A DNA stretch of 64,000 bases, taken from assembly GCA_030141605.1 (NCBI GenBank), contig JAQGDQ010000322.1, positions 1-64,000 on the forward strand, read 5' to 3'. Position 1 is the stretch's first letter. The number at the start of each line of letters is the position of its first letter. A program made the translations under genes and the position numbers. This DNA comes from Tubiluchus corallicola. Taxonomy: Eukaryota > Animalia > Priapulida. Positions 28,757 through 41,880 of this stretch are shown here, in pieces. The notes below the pieces were generated by a model. The model was not told the origin of the DNA and did not search any database. It worked only from the letters and a program-made list of their open reading frames with translations.

Positions 28757-30650
28757 GGATTACAGGATAAACCTCTCAGATCATCTGCAGAACTGAGTCA
28801 TCCCAGCAGGATTACACGATAAACCTCGCAGATCATCTGCAGAACTGAGATATCCCAGCAGGATTACAGGATAAACCTCTCAGATCATCTGCAGAACTGA
28901 GACATCCCAGCAGGATTACAGGATAAACCTCTCAGATCATCTGCAGAACTGAGTCATCCCAGCAGGATTACAGGATAAACCTCTCAGATCATCTGCAGAA
29001 CTGAGTCATCCCAGCAGGATTACACGATAAACCTCGCAGATCATCTGCAGAACTGAGATATCCCAGCAGGATTACAGGATAAACCTCTCAGATCATCTGC
29101 AGAACTGAGACATCCCAGCAGGATTACAGGATAAACCTCTCAGATCATCTGCAGAACTGAGACATCCCAGCAGGATTACAGGATAAACCTCTCAGATCAT
29201 CTGCAGAACTGAGACATCCCAGCAGGATTACAGGATAAACCTCTCAGATCATCTGCAGGACTGAGACATCCCAGCAGGATTACAGGATGAACCTCTCAGA
29301 TCATCTGCAGAACTGAGACATCCCAGCAGGATTACAGGATAAACCTCTCAGGTCATCTGCAGAACTCAGATATCCCAGCAGGATTACAGGATAAACCTCT
29401 CAGGTCATCTGCAGAACTGAGACATCCCTGCAGGATTACAGGATAAACCTCTCAGATCATCTGCAGAACTGAGATATCCCAGCAGGATTACAGGAAGAGC
29501 CTCTCAGATCATCTACAGAACTGAGACATCCAAGCAGGATTACAAGATAAACCTCTCAGATCATCTGCAGGACTCAGATATCCCAGCAGGATTACAGGAT
29601 AAACCTCTCAGATCATCTGCAGAACTCAGATATCCCAGCAGGATTACAGGATAAACCTCTCAGATCATCTGCAGAACTGAGACATCCCAGCAGGATTACA
29701 GGATAAACCTCTCAGATCATCTGCAGGACTGAGATATCCCAGCAGGATTACAGGATAAACCTCTCAGATCATCTGCAGAACTGAGATATCCCATCAGGAT
29801 TACAGGATAAAACCTCTCAGATCATCTGCAGAACTGAGACATCCCAGCAGGATTACAGGATAAAACCTCTCAGATCATCTGCAGAACTCAGATATCCCAG
29901 CAGGATTACAGGATAAAACCTCTCAGATCATCTGCAGAACTGAGACATCCCAGCAGGATTACAGGATAAACCTCTCAGATCATCTGCAGGACTGAGACAT
30001 CCCAGCGGGATTACAGGATAAACCTCTCAGATCATCTGCAGAACTGAGATATCCCAACAGGATTACAGGAAGAGCCTCTCAGATCATCTGCAGAACTGAG
30101 ATATCCCATCAGGATTACAGGATAAACCTCTCAGATCATCTGCAGAACTGAGACATCCCAGCAGGATTACAGGATAAAACCTCTCAGATCATCTGCAGAA
30201 CTCAGATATCCCAGCAGGATTACAGGATAAAACCTCTCAGATCATCTGCAGAACTGAGACATCCCAGCAGGATTACAGGATAAACCTCTCAGATCATCTG
30301 CAGAACTGAGATATCCCAACAGGATTACAGGAAGAGCCTCTCAGATCATCTGCAGAACTGAGATATCCCATCAGGATTACAGGATAAACCTCTCAGATCA
30401 TCTGCAGAACTGAGACATCCCAGCAGGATTACAGGATAAAACCTCTCAGATCATCTGCAGAACTCAGATATCCCAGCAGGATTACAGGATGAAACCTCTC
30501 AGATCATCTGCAGAACTGAGACATCCCAGCAGGATTACAGGATAAACCTCTCAGATCATCTGCAGGACTGAGACATCCCAGCGGGATTACAGGATAAACC
30601 TCTCAGATCATCTGCAGAACTGAGATATCCCAACAGGACTACAGGAAGAG
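28757..30650. repeat. 52-bp minisatellite, ~36 copies
   Basis: Unit ggattacaggataaacctctcagatcatctgcagaactgagacatcccagca (starts 28809, 28861). Confidence 0.97.
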
Positions 30651-30842
30651 CTAAATTTCTGATCTTGTCCATCTGTTTAATGTGGCGTGAATTTAAGCCC
30701 AGCAGTCAAATGTCATCAAACCGATTCTTTGACGACTGGCAGCAAGCTGATAGCAAGTCTCAAGAAACTAGTGATTTCTAAACGTTGATTTTGAACGACG
30801 AGTCTGTCTAATATTCGCTAACTACAACATTTTCTTTTCTGT

Positions 30843-30852
30843 TGATGATGAC

Positions 30853-30884
<32 letters not shown>

Positions 30885-30972
30885 TGATGATGACGATGAT
30901 GGTCACGAAGACAATATTGAAGATGATGATGATGATAATGATATGATGGTGACGATGATGATGATGACGATG
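30843..30972. repeat. (GAT/GAC)n microsatellite
   Basis: Directly visible. Confidence 0.9.
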
Positions 30973-31084
30973 ATCTCTCAACATCTGACTTTTATTTTTA
31001 CTGCCAATCATTTGAAAATATTATGGTGACATGGCTAAAGTTTACAGTTTCCCACCTACAAGAAATTAGTTCGTGAAGCAGATA

Positions 31085-31586
31085 AGGGTTTAGGTTAGGG
31101 TCGGGATTAGGATTAGGCTTAGGGTTGGGTTAAGATTAGGGTTGGGTTAAGATTAGGGTTGGTTTAGTTAAGATTAGGGTTGGGCTAGAATTAGCGTTAG
31201 GACTAGGATTACGATTAGGCTTATGATTAAGATTAGGATTCGAATTAGGGTTAGGTCTAGGATTGGGATTGGGGTTAGGATTAAGATTAGGTTTATTGTT
31301 GGATTAGGATTTGGGTTAGGGTTATGGTTGGGGTTAGGATTAAGATGAGAGTTAGTGTTAGGGTTGGGTTAAGGTTAGGCTTAGGGTTAGGGTTGGGGTT
31401 AGGATTAGAGTTAGGGTTAGTGTTAGTGTTAGGTTTGGGGTTAGGATTAGGATTAGGGTTAGGGTTACACTTGGTGTTAGGATTAGGGTAAGCATTATGG
31501 GGGTTACAGATAGGATTGGGTTAAGATTAGCATTAGGCTAAGGGCTAGGGTTAGAGTTGGAATTAGGACTGGGGTTAGATTTAGGG
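31085..31586 (+). repeat. Degenerate interstitial telomere-like (TTAGGG/TTAGGA/TTGGGG)n tract
   Basis: ~500 bp of 6-bp periodicity including exact ttagggttaggg runs. Confidence 0.85.
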
Positions 31587-31843
31587 ATATTTCACAATTT
31601 AAAAATCTTTTACATGTATTTTTTTGTAAAATTTACGTGAGTTTACAAACAGAAAATGGTGCTGCTGTCTACTACAGACGATTAGTGGTACAAAAAACTG
31701 CTATAAAAACATTTTTAGTCAAACTAAGTGATAAATTCATAGATAGCGTAAAGCAACGCGTTTCTCTTTGCCTAAAATAAGTGAAAACTTGGAAAGACGA
31801 AAGTTCGAAACTGGTAATGAGTAAAATTCTCAGGATTTATTAA

Positions 31844-32768
31844 AGCACAAGAAAACACTCTTCATCAAAATTCGTTTTCAAATTTTTTGTCACTTACTTG
31901 CTTTCTTATTGCATGCAGAGCGTGCGTTAGCAGTAAGGCTGTATTTTAACAGTAAATCATTTGAAACAAGTTCAGATAACATTTGGCAAAATTTGAAGAA
32001 ATTATCAGAGCATTTGCAGCATACTCTTCAATACCTATGTAAAAGTGTAAATTACTTTGTGTTGTCAATAAGATCAACAATGTGCTTTTTGTGAACCAGT
32101 AGTGCACCCTGGGATAGTGACGTTTTGCCAGCCGGCACCAGCGTTTTATATTATTTCTAATTACAGTCATACCTCGGTTTTCGACCATAATTCGTTCCTA
32201 AAAGTGTTTGAAAACCGATTTGGTTGAGAACCGAATCATTTATTCCCATAAGAAATAATGTAAAAGCAAATAATCCGTTCTCAAGCACCAAATGAACGGT
32301 AGCGTATTACCAAAATGAAACATAATAATGCAAAAATGCTTATTCAAACAGGAGATGTGATATAATTGATAACAAAAACATAATAGAATTACTTAGAAAG
32401 AAAAAACAATTATTCCTGCCTGAAAAAACCTTACGTGTTGGTAGCAGTGTGATGGTATACGTAAGCAAGAGCAGAAACACGTGAGTGACTCGGGCGCGGT
32501 CGGTTACGCTCGGCTCTACTCGGCTCGCCGCGCATGCGTTCATCACATGCTTGGCGGTTGGTCGAGTACCGAAATTCTGGTCGAGAATGGAGACAATTTC
32601 AACTCGAATTTTCTGGTCGAAAACCGATTTATACGAGTACTGAGACGTTCGAAAACCGAGGTATAACTGTACATAAGTTTTTGAAATAGATAAGCGCCAT
32701 GCTGAGTAACATAACTTCGTATGGAAAATTTTTTGGGACATAGTTTAACATTCTCTTTTCTTCCCCGT
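31844..32768 (+). mobile_element. Family B MITE (single 43-bp unit) hosting a nested pogo/Tigger MITE
   Basis: TTAA|AGCACAAGAAAAC ... cttttcttcccc; single unit at ~32090-32130. Confidence 0.7.
32164..32669. mobile_element. pogo/Tigger-like (Tc1/mariner superfamily) MITE, 506 bp
   Basis: TA|CAGTCATACCTCGGTTTTCGA ... TCGAAAACCGAGGTATAACTG|TA (21-bp TIR, 1 mismatch); the empty site is visible in the paralogous family B copy at ~59676-59689. Confidence 0.9.
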
Positions 32769-33026
32769 GTACTATTTCATTTTAATTGTACTTTTATATT
32801 ACTTGTATATATAAATGTAATCTAAACTATATTAGTATAACTTTCATTAATGTGATAGTATATTTTACAGATCATAGTCTGTTTGAAGTCCGTTTATAAT
32901 GCCCTGCAAATAGAAGGTCTCCGTATCGTATATATGTAAACATTGTATATGTATATGTAAAAATGTTTAGTTTTACATTTTAAATAAAGAATTATAATAA
33001 TAATAATAACAGTAATATATTTCCCT

Positions 33027-33360
33027 CAATCTTAAACTGTAGATCTAAACAATCTACTCTGTAAAATATTGAAAGGAAACATACTATTTTTTTAGAAATG
33101 AGCGCAGCGGTAAATTTGAAATCTAAATTTTTATCTTAAACTTACCTACTTTTAGTACAGCACGCTGAATTAGAAAAGCTAATGGAATTTTTTTGCCGAA
33201 AATTATGTTTGTTTGTGACGTCATCAATAGTTGCATTAATGACGACTTTAATCTATGATTTAGCTATGAGAAACGCTTTTCCAGCATTATTCATATTAAA
33301 ATGTATACTTTTTATCGGACTCGAAAATGGGCTGATATACGAAAAATCATCCTTTCTTCC
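33027..33360. mobile_element. Family A MITE with internal deletions
   Basis: caatcttaaactgtagatctaaacaatctac ... gaaaaatcatcctttcttcc. Confidence 0.65.
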
Positions 33361-33756
33361 ATAACAATGATCCAGGCATAATCTAGGTCATTATCCTATG
33401 GTATACAGCACTGTTAGGTCTATTACAAGATGCCACACAGAAGAACAAAACTTCTAGAATAACATTCTATCAAGGTTCTTCACTTCTGGAGAAATGTAAA
33501 ACCTGTTACCGCACTGCCTCTTTTATAGCAGCAGATTATTGCCCAGTTGATTTTATTATTGCAGTTACTTTCCATTCCAGCACACGTTCCACAATAATAA
33601 GTGCAGCTGTATAGACGGCTTGAACAATAAAACATGCAGACGATTTAAAAGCGAAAGTTTGACTTTGACCTTCCAATTAGAGTAAATGACAATTTAATGT
33701 GATGAAATGCATTTGCTGTGTTGCGTATAATAGGTACCAGAATTTTTTAATTCATG

Positions 33757-33972
33757 CTTTGTAACGGTGGCAAGTTTAGTAACTTTGTAAGTCGTCAAGT
33801 AACTCGCTGGTGTATTTAATTAGAGCCAGAAAGTTTGCAGACAGTAACTCGCAAAGCAGTTCACATAAGCTTTGTAACGGTGGCGAGTTTAGTAACTTTG
33901 TAACTCGTCATGTAACTCGCTGGCGTATTTAATTAGAGTCAGAAGTTTGCATACAGTGACTCGCAAAGCAGT
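33757..33972. repeat. ~112-bp tandem duplication
   Basis: gctttgtaacggtggc(a/g)agtttagtaactttgtaa...ctcgcaaagcagtt occurs twice. Confidence 0.85.
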
Positions 33973-34266
33973 TATTCACACTGCGAGTTTGCTGTCAGAG
34001 TTACAGACAACTCACGACAGAAAGCTTGCTAGTGTGAACGCGGCCATAAGAGTTTGTAGAACAGAACAACACTCACTGATTCGTTATCCTTCTGCTTTTC
34101 TTAACGAAAACCCGTAAAAACAGTGTACGTCTGCCTTTATTCTCCCGCCGGTGTCAACTTATCAGAGCCAAACAGGAAAAAATAATCAATAATATGCCTT
34201 AAATTAACACGATCAGCATTGAAAGCAAATGTGTGAACAACTAATCAAAATTAGAGCTGATTTTAA

Positions 34267-35710
34267 AATGGAAGAAAAGCTATTATAAAGTACTGTTTGT
34301 CCCAAAAAAAAACTTCCCACACAAACTTATATTACTTAGCATTACGTTAACCTGTTTACTAATTAGAGAAGAAAATTCTTAATAATTAAAAATATTCGCG
34401 CCACCTGGTAAAACGGCACTGCATCGCCATCCCAGTGTGCACCACTGATTCACCAACAGCACTGCATCACCATCCCAGTGTGCACCACTGATTCCCCAAC
34501 AGCACTGTATCACCATCCCAGTGAGAACCACTGATTCACCAACAGCACTGCATCACCATCCCAGTATGCACCACTGATTCACCAACAGCACTGCATCGCC
34601 ATCCCAGTGTGCACCACTGATTCACCAACAGCACTGTATCACCAACCCAGTGAGAACCACTGATTCACCAACAGCACTGCATCATCATCCCAGTGTGCAC
34701 CACTGATTCACCAACAGCACTACATCACCATCCCAGTGTGCACCACTGATTCACCAACAGCACTACATCACCATCCCAGTGAGAACCACTGATTCACCAA
34801 CAGCACTACATCACCATCCCAGTGTGCACCACTGATTTACCATCAGCACTGCATCACCATCCCAGTGTGCACCACTGATTCACCAACAGCACAGCATCGC
34901 CATCCCAGTGTGCACCACTGATTCACCAACAGCACTGTATCACCAACCCAGTGAGAACCACTGATTCACCAACAGCACTGCATCATCATCCCAGTGTGCA
35001 CCACTGATTCACCAACAGCACTACATCACCATCCCAGTGTGCACCACTGATTCACCAACAGCACTACATCACCATCCCAGTGAGAACCACTGATTCACCA
35101 ACAGCACTACATCACCATCCCAGTGTGCACCACTGATTTACCATCAGCACTGCATCACCATCCCAGTGTGCACCACTGATTCACCAACAGCACTACATCA
35201 CCATCCCAGTGAGAACCACTGATTCACCAACAGCACTACATCACCATCCGAGTATGCACCACTGATTCACCAACAGCACTACATCGCCATCCCAGTGTGC
35301 ACCACTGATTCACCAACAGCACTGCATCACCATCCCAGTGAGCACCACTGATTCACCAACAGCACTACATCGCCATCCCAGTGTGCACCACTGATTCACC
35401 AACAGCACTGCATCGCCATCCCAGTGTGCACCACTGATTCACCAACAGCACTGCATCACCATCCCAGTATGCACCACTGATTCACCAACAGCACTGCATC
35501 GCCATCCCAGTGTGCACCACTGATTCACCAACAGCACTGTATCACCATCCCAGTGAGAACCACTGATTCACCAACAGCACTGCATCACCATCCCAGTATG
35601 CACCACTGATTCACCAAAAAAACACGTTATTGATCTTACTGACAATGTTAAGTGATTTAAACTTGTGCTAATTTGTGAAGAGTGCGCTATTCACACAGCG
35701 CCATTTTCGT
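34267..35710 (-). mobile_element. Family B MITE (reverse) with ~28-copy 43-bp array (34413-35616)
   Basis: TTAA|AATGGAAGAAAAG terminus; the array is the reverse complement of the 16783 unit; the flank after the array matches the family B body. Confidence 0.7.
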
Positions 35711-35947
35711 TTATTTAGTTTAAGCACCGAATTAAAAGCGTCGAAATTAATAGTACAAAAAATTGTAATTGAAAAAACTTGTCGTTTGAATGTTTCCTAG
35801 CGTTCACGCGACTAAAACATCTTTTTCGAAAGTTCATATCTGCTAAATGATTCCGTACCATGCTGTTAAGCACTGTTCTAACAATTTTTATGCTTGAGTA
35901 ACTTGGTTGTTACACTTTACTCAGCTACTCAACTTGTTTAAAATGTA

Positions 35948-36423
35948 CATTTCTCAAAACGACAGTGTAAATTAATCTGTGTGAAGTTGCATTATGTTAC
36001 GTTGTACTACGTTATGTCATGTTATATACATTTCTCAAAACGACAGTGTAAATTAAACTGCGTGAAGTTGCATTGTGTTACGTTGTACTACATTACGTCA
36101 TATTATATGCATTTCTCAAAATGACAGCGTAAATTAAACTGTGTGACGTTGCATTGTGTTACGTTGTACTACGTTACATCATGTTATATATATTTCCCAA
36201 AACGACAGTGTACATTAAACAATGTCAAGTTGCATTATGTTACGTTGCACTACGTTACGTCATATTATATGCATTTCTCAAAATGACAGCGTAAATTAAA
36301 CTGTGGGACGTTGCATTATGTTACGTTGTACTACGTTACGTCATGTTATATATATTTCTCAAAACGACATTGCACATTATGCTGCGTGACGTTGCATTAT
36401 GCTACGTTGCACTACGTTACGTC
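35948..36423. repeat. 81-bp tandem repeat, ~6 copies
   Basis: catttctcaaaacgacagtgtaaatt... at 35948, 36029, 36110 and onward. Confidence 0.92.
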
Positions 36424-36496
36424 ACGGTACGTTATGTGCGTGTGTAACGAACAAGTTATAACGATGTCGTGAACTTATTATAGAAATACATCAAAA

Positions 36497-36845
36497 TGGA
36501 GTTCATTGCCGAGAAGTTTTGAACAAACTGTTCATTGTCGGGGCATCTAAAACAAAGAAATTTACCAAACATCTCGAAATACAATTCAGTAGTTAATAAT
36601 CAAAAGATATATGATATAAAAGTGACAGTTTTGTTACTACTAACATGTTTGTTTGTTTGTTTGTTTGTTTGTGGAGTGTTACATAGTTTCATACCAATCA
36701 AGATATGTAATCTGTAAGGTAAATTTTCAAAACTTTCTATATAATAGTATCATATTATATCTCTTTTAGCTGTTAACTACTGAATTGTATTATGATGTTG
36801 TTTCTAATTTTCTTGTTTTAGGTGCCTTGATAATGAACAGTTTTC
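36497..36845. mobile_element. Palindromic interspersed element with (GTTT)n (family C); second copy 63128-63432
   Basis: Arm gcatctaaaacaaagaaatt...tacaattcagtagttaa is inverted at 36770-36845; the same sequence plus (CAAA)n lies at 63128-63370. Confidence 0.6.
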
Positions 36846-36879
36846 TCTCATAGCCTCACTACAGTCACATCCCTCACTA

Positions 36880-37347
36880 ATTATTATCACTACATGCAGT
36901 GCAACACAAATGTTAGAAAATTTTCTATTAAATACAATGGCCCTTACATATGGAATTCAATTGCTCCCGCTATTAAAAATGCCAACTCGCTTTCCATATT
37001 TAAAAAAATATAAATTAAACTTACTTGAAACATATAACTGATCACTCAATTATGATTTGTTGTTTTTCATTTTCAAAAACTTCCCCTCTAGTATAATAAT
37101 ATTTTTATTACTTCCCACCCGTATTTATATTTGTATATATTGTAATGTTGCATCTGTATATGTTGTAATTTTTTTCGTAACTAATTCTAGTGGCCTACCA
37201 TAAGCTAGCTTCTTAGGTCTCTAGCGCAGTATTCATGAATTGTATCATATTTTTGTATGAATAAAACCTGATTATCGTGCAGATGTAATGTATATGTATA
37301 TGTTTATTGCGAAATAAATCTATTAAAATCTAAATCTAATCTAAATC
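36880..37347 (+). mobile_element. Degraded non-LTR retrotransposon (L2/CR1 group) 3' end
   Basis: From ~36939 translates GPYIWNSIAPAIKNANSLSIFKK (WNxLP-type ORF2 C-terminus), followed by an AT-rich UTR, AATAAA and an (AATCT)-like tail. Confidence 0.6.
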
Positions 37348-37576
37348 ATTAATAAATTGCTTTTTGATGACGTAGTTACATTCATTTGCCAAATATGGAT
37401 AATTCTATTATAGAAACGTCATAATGAATTCCCATATTCGGGCTTGATTTTATTTTCACTGGAAATAATAATAATTGTGTTTTGAACCTACGTGTGTATG
37501 AGGCATACAGAGATATGCTACATATTTAAATACATTAACAACATTAGCAAACCATTCCAGAATAACAGATTTATCT

Positions 37577-38040
37577 TTTTTTCCAAATCCTATCGTTAAT
37601 TCCAGAACAAGCAATCCAAAACAAATTAGGACAAATACCCACTATGGAACGAACTCTGTAATCAAACAAGCAATTCTACTTTGGAATTCTCTACCATTAC
37701 AGGTTAAACAAATCAAGTCCCTATCAGCATTTAAAACAAAATTAAAATCACTAATATTAACCAGATATGAAATACCATCACACCAGTACGACAACATACA
37801 CACTAATTCAGAATTCATATACCCACGGCCATATTAATTAAATCATAATTTTTTTCATTTTTGTGCATAGTTGTAAATATGTTTGATTTTATTCGTCGTT
37901 ACTTATATAGATATATATAATATATATATCTTATTTGCCATTAAAATACATTGATAATCACTGATAAAAACTTTACAGAGATGATCAATCAGTGTTAGTT
38001 AATAAAAACTTACACTGCTAAAGGCAAATGCGTCAGTGCA
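37577..38040 (+). mobile_element. LINE 3' fragment (L2/CR1 group) with its terminal UTR segment inverted
   Basis: Near-identical to 44537-44860 (…QAILLWNSLPLQVKQIKSLSAFKTKLK); 37905-38040 is the reverse complement of 44890-45010. Confidence 0.75.
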
Positions 38041-38769
38041 TATATATATATATGCCATTATTTGAAACACAAAAGCTTCAAAACACCTTTTTGTTTTATA
38101 CCGATTGGTAGCAGCTGGTCCAACTATTCGGTAAACCACAAAATGTATTGAATTAAACTACATAGTTCATGTAGCTATTACCAATTCAAACGTACATTTT
38201 TTTGTGAAAAATATTAAAAGTCAACCTACCTTTATGACGCACTTATTGCAATCAAACTTTCCTGCAATTTTTCTTCCTGTAAAAAATCTCTTACTGGAAA
38301 ACACCGGGAAATTGGAAATTAATGGAACTCGGCTAAAAGTTGCGCTAATTGCTACATCATTTAACGTCATATTACCCCCAGGATCTGCTATGCTTTCTTG
38401 ACTAGCAGGCGACTTGTATCCGACTGCGCATGCGCGAGATGTCCGGAAGCCAGTGAATTATTGTTGCTTTTAGTTTACAACAGCCTCCGTCAGAGGCACC
38501 TGTGCATCTTATAACGTTCGGCATTTGCATTCTTGCTATAAATAGCCGTTCATTGAATTTGCTGAATAATATAACCCGAGCAAGCCGATCGTCATAAAAA
38601 TATTTAATCATGCGGTGTAGAATAAAAAACGAGTTTAGGATTGAATCAAAGCTTTTATTAGTCCTAAATGAATGCGCAGATGTTCTGCTTTTATAACACT
38701 AGATGGCTTCATTTTTTACACTGGATGGCTTCATTTCTTACACTCATGCCACGCAGCCTATCGAGATTA

Positions 38770-39262
38770 CAAAACACTGATACTTCTTTATAAATATATC
38801 AATAAACTGAGCATTCCATTTATAAACAATCCCTCAGCATTCATTCCTGATACCACTTTAAACAATAGAACACACAATTTAAAGCAAATTACAGTAAACA
38901 ATAAATTTGGAAATAACTCTATATCAAAACAGGCCATACATTTATGGAACTTACTACCCAGTGAAATAAAACAAATAGAATCTCTCCACTACTTTAAAAA
39001 GAAATTAAAAGAATATCAATATAACAGGTATGTGATGTAAAATTTAATGTACTTTTGTAATCTTGTTTTATAAAAATATTTTAATATGGTGTTTGTAAAT
39101 GTGTTCATTTATTGTATATAACTAGGCCTTAGTTTTGCACTTTAGTTTTTTTTAGTCAGCACTGGACGCATTTGTCTTGAACAGTGTTGTTATTTTAACA
39201 TTACGCTGAGGCTTACTCAATTTTATTATAATGAGTGAACTATTTAAATGACAAATAAAGAA
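38770..39262 (+). mobile_element. LINE 3' fragment related to the 37577/44537 family
   Basis: ORF 38672-39040: …RTHNLKQITVNNKFGNNSISKQAIHLWNLLPSEIKQIESLHYFKKKLKEY; 3'UTR hairpin and AATAAA at ~39254. Confidence 0.75.
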
Positions 39263-39263
39263 T

Positions 39264-39538
<275 letters not shown>

Positions 39539-39974
39539 GACCCTAGCAGTATATCCTTCTCTTCATAAACAGGGCCTCATTTTGATTTTGTAGGCTCCTG
39601 GACAACGGATACTATGAGGCCTCGGACCCTCAGTGACCAATGACAAAAGTGTGAATGTTGGATTCTTCAAATCAACTTCTACAACATAATGTCAACATTA
39701 GACTTACGTGGATGGGTGCCAGTACAGATGGTTAGACAGGATTGTTAGTGTGGCAGTACCAGTGACTTGGAATAACGAACAAGAAAACAATTCCAGTATG
39801 TCAGTCAACTGAGCCGTTTTTAAAGAAGTGATTCAACATACTTTTACTCTCATTCTGTAGTAACTTTTCACAGTAAATTAATTTCACTTAATCTCTGGAG
39901 GCCCCTCAACTGGCGGAGGCACCTGGGCAGCAACCCATGAAGCCCAAGCCTTAATCCCGTATAATTGATATATA

Positions 39975-40278
39975 ATATAATGCAATGCAATGCAATGCAA
40001 TGCAATGCAATGCAATGCAATGCAATGCAATGCAATGCAATGCAATGCAATGCAATGCAATGCAATGCAATGCAATGCAATGCAATGCAATGCAATGCAA
40101 TGCAATGCAATGCAATGCAATACAATACAATACAATACAATACAATACAATACAATACAATACAATACAATACAATACAATACAATACAATACAATACAA
40201 TACAATACAATACAATACAATACAATACAATACAATACAATACAATACAATACAATATAATATAATATATACAATATA
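39975..40278. repeat. (AATGC)n-(AATAC)n-(AATAT) compound pentanucleotide microsatellite
   Basis: Directly visible. Confidence 0.96.
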
Positions 40279-40720
40279 ATACTGTTCATAAACGGCCGAA
40301 AACAATAAAAATATGTACGAGTCAATCAATACTTTTTGCGGTTTAGCGGTAGCGTGACTTAAGTAGCCTGTGTAGAGACGCGGGGCTGAGCCGATGAACC
40401 GCCCAGAAAACGAGCCCAGTCTATAAAGCTCCTCAGAGGACAAACTGAACTGTTCACTTCCGCTAGTGATGTACTAGCTTCCGCTCTTGTAAAAAACCAC
40501 CGGAAATGCGTTATTTTATCTTCGCATTTTTTTGCTGATTTACCGGAAAGCGAAACACGAATCAATAATAACACAATAGGAAACCCAGACGAATCACATA
40601 AGACATCTCACGTAATAAAGTACTGTGGTTCAACAGCCGTCAATAATTAATGTAAACTAATTTTCCAACTATAATTTAGAGTTCAAACCATTAATAAATT
40701 TAAAAGTAGACATTACTTAA

Positions 40721-41291
40721 AGGAAGACAGGATGGTTTTCCATATACTACCCCGCTTTCACGTACGGTTAAAAGTATACATTTTAACACAATTTATTCTG
40801 CAAAAGCATTTCTGATAATTAAATAATAGATTAAAAACTTAATCAACGGTGTTCGAGGACAACTATTGATGACATCACAAACTAACATAATTTTCAACAG
40901 CAAAAATATTCCATGAGCGTGTTGCACGTGTTTGTGAGCGAGAAAATTGAAGTACAGTGTTACTGTAAGATATTGAGTGTGTTGTACTAAAACTAGGCAA
41001 GCTTTAAGATAAAATTCAAATTTCAAATTTTGTTGTGGTCACGTATGAGTTGACGAACGTGTGTAGTTCGTTACAAGCTAACACATGTGAACTGAGAGGT
41101 ACGGCACCTTTTTTGTGCGATGCGTTTCCGAAATGCGGCGCTGGTACCCGTCTAACTAACGAATAGCGAAGTGCATGTAACAGCGAAGAACTAGTGACAC
41201 GAACGCGAAATTGTGTTTGTGTGGTAATAAGTCTTTCACGTAAATCATATATTGTTTTGGCCTACAGTTTAAGATTGCGTCAGGTTTTCCT
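40721..41291. mobile_element. Family A Kolobok-like MITE, full length
   Basis: TTAA|AGGAAGACAG ... CGTCAGGTTTTCCT|TCAA; colinear with 290-830. Confidence 0.78.
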
Positions 41292-41339
41292 TCAATTATA
41301 TTACTTGCACTATCCATAACAGGCATAATTAAAAGCAGG

Positions 41340-41399
41340 AGAAGAAGAAGAAGAAGAAGAAGAAGAAGAAGAAGAAGAAGAAGAAGAAGAAGAAGAAGA
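41340..41399. repeat. (GAA)n microsatellite
   Basis: Directly visible. Confidence 0.95.
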
Positions 41400-41456
41400 C
41401 TTTGTAGACTCAACATTCATATAAATATATCACGCATTAAAAATTTCACAACTTAA

Positions 41457-41880
41457 AACGGAAGAAAAGGGAATATTAAAGTACAAATCCAAAAATTATC
41501 ACAAAGTTATACAATAACCTGAAAAAGAAAATTCTCTATCATTTGAAATGTTCTCGGCTACTGGCATAACGTTACTGCATCACCATCCCAGTGTGCACCA
41601 CTGATTCACCAACAGCACTGCATCACCATCCCAGTGTGCACCACTGATTCACCAACAGTACTGCATCACCATCCCAGTGTGCACCACTGATTCACCAACA
41701 GTACTGCATCACCATCCCAGTGTGCACCACTGATTCACCAACAGTACTGCATCACCATCCCAGTGAGCACCACTGATTCACCAACAGCACTACATCATCC
41801 CAGTGTGCACCACTGATTCACCAACAGCACTACATCACCATCCCAGTGTGCACCACTGATTCACCAACACCAACAGCACT
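41457..41880 (-). mobile_element. Family B MITE (reverse, partial) with ~7-copy 43-bp array (41575-41880)
   Basis: TTAA|AACGGAAGAAAAGG terminus followed by the same 43-bp unit. Confidence 0.65.

Noticed and set aside
28757-30650. CRISPR-like appearance of regular 30-57 bp repeats (also 34413, 46722, 54100, 60805)
   Set aside because: Units are head-to-tail with no unique spacers, there are no cas genes, and the context is eukaryotic.
39569-39960. Degraded hAT-like MITE (cagggcc... gaggcccct... aatccc)
   Set aside because: The right TIR and TSD cannot be recovered; too weak to list as a feature.
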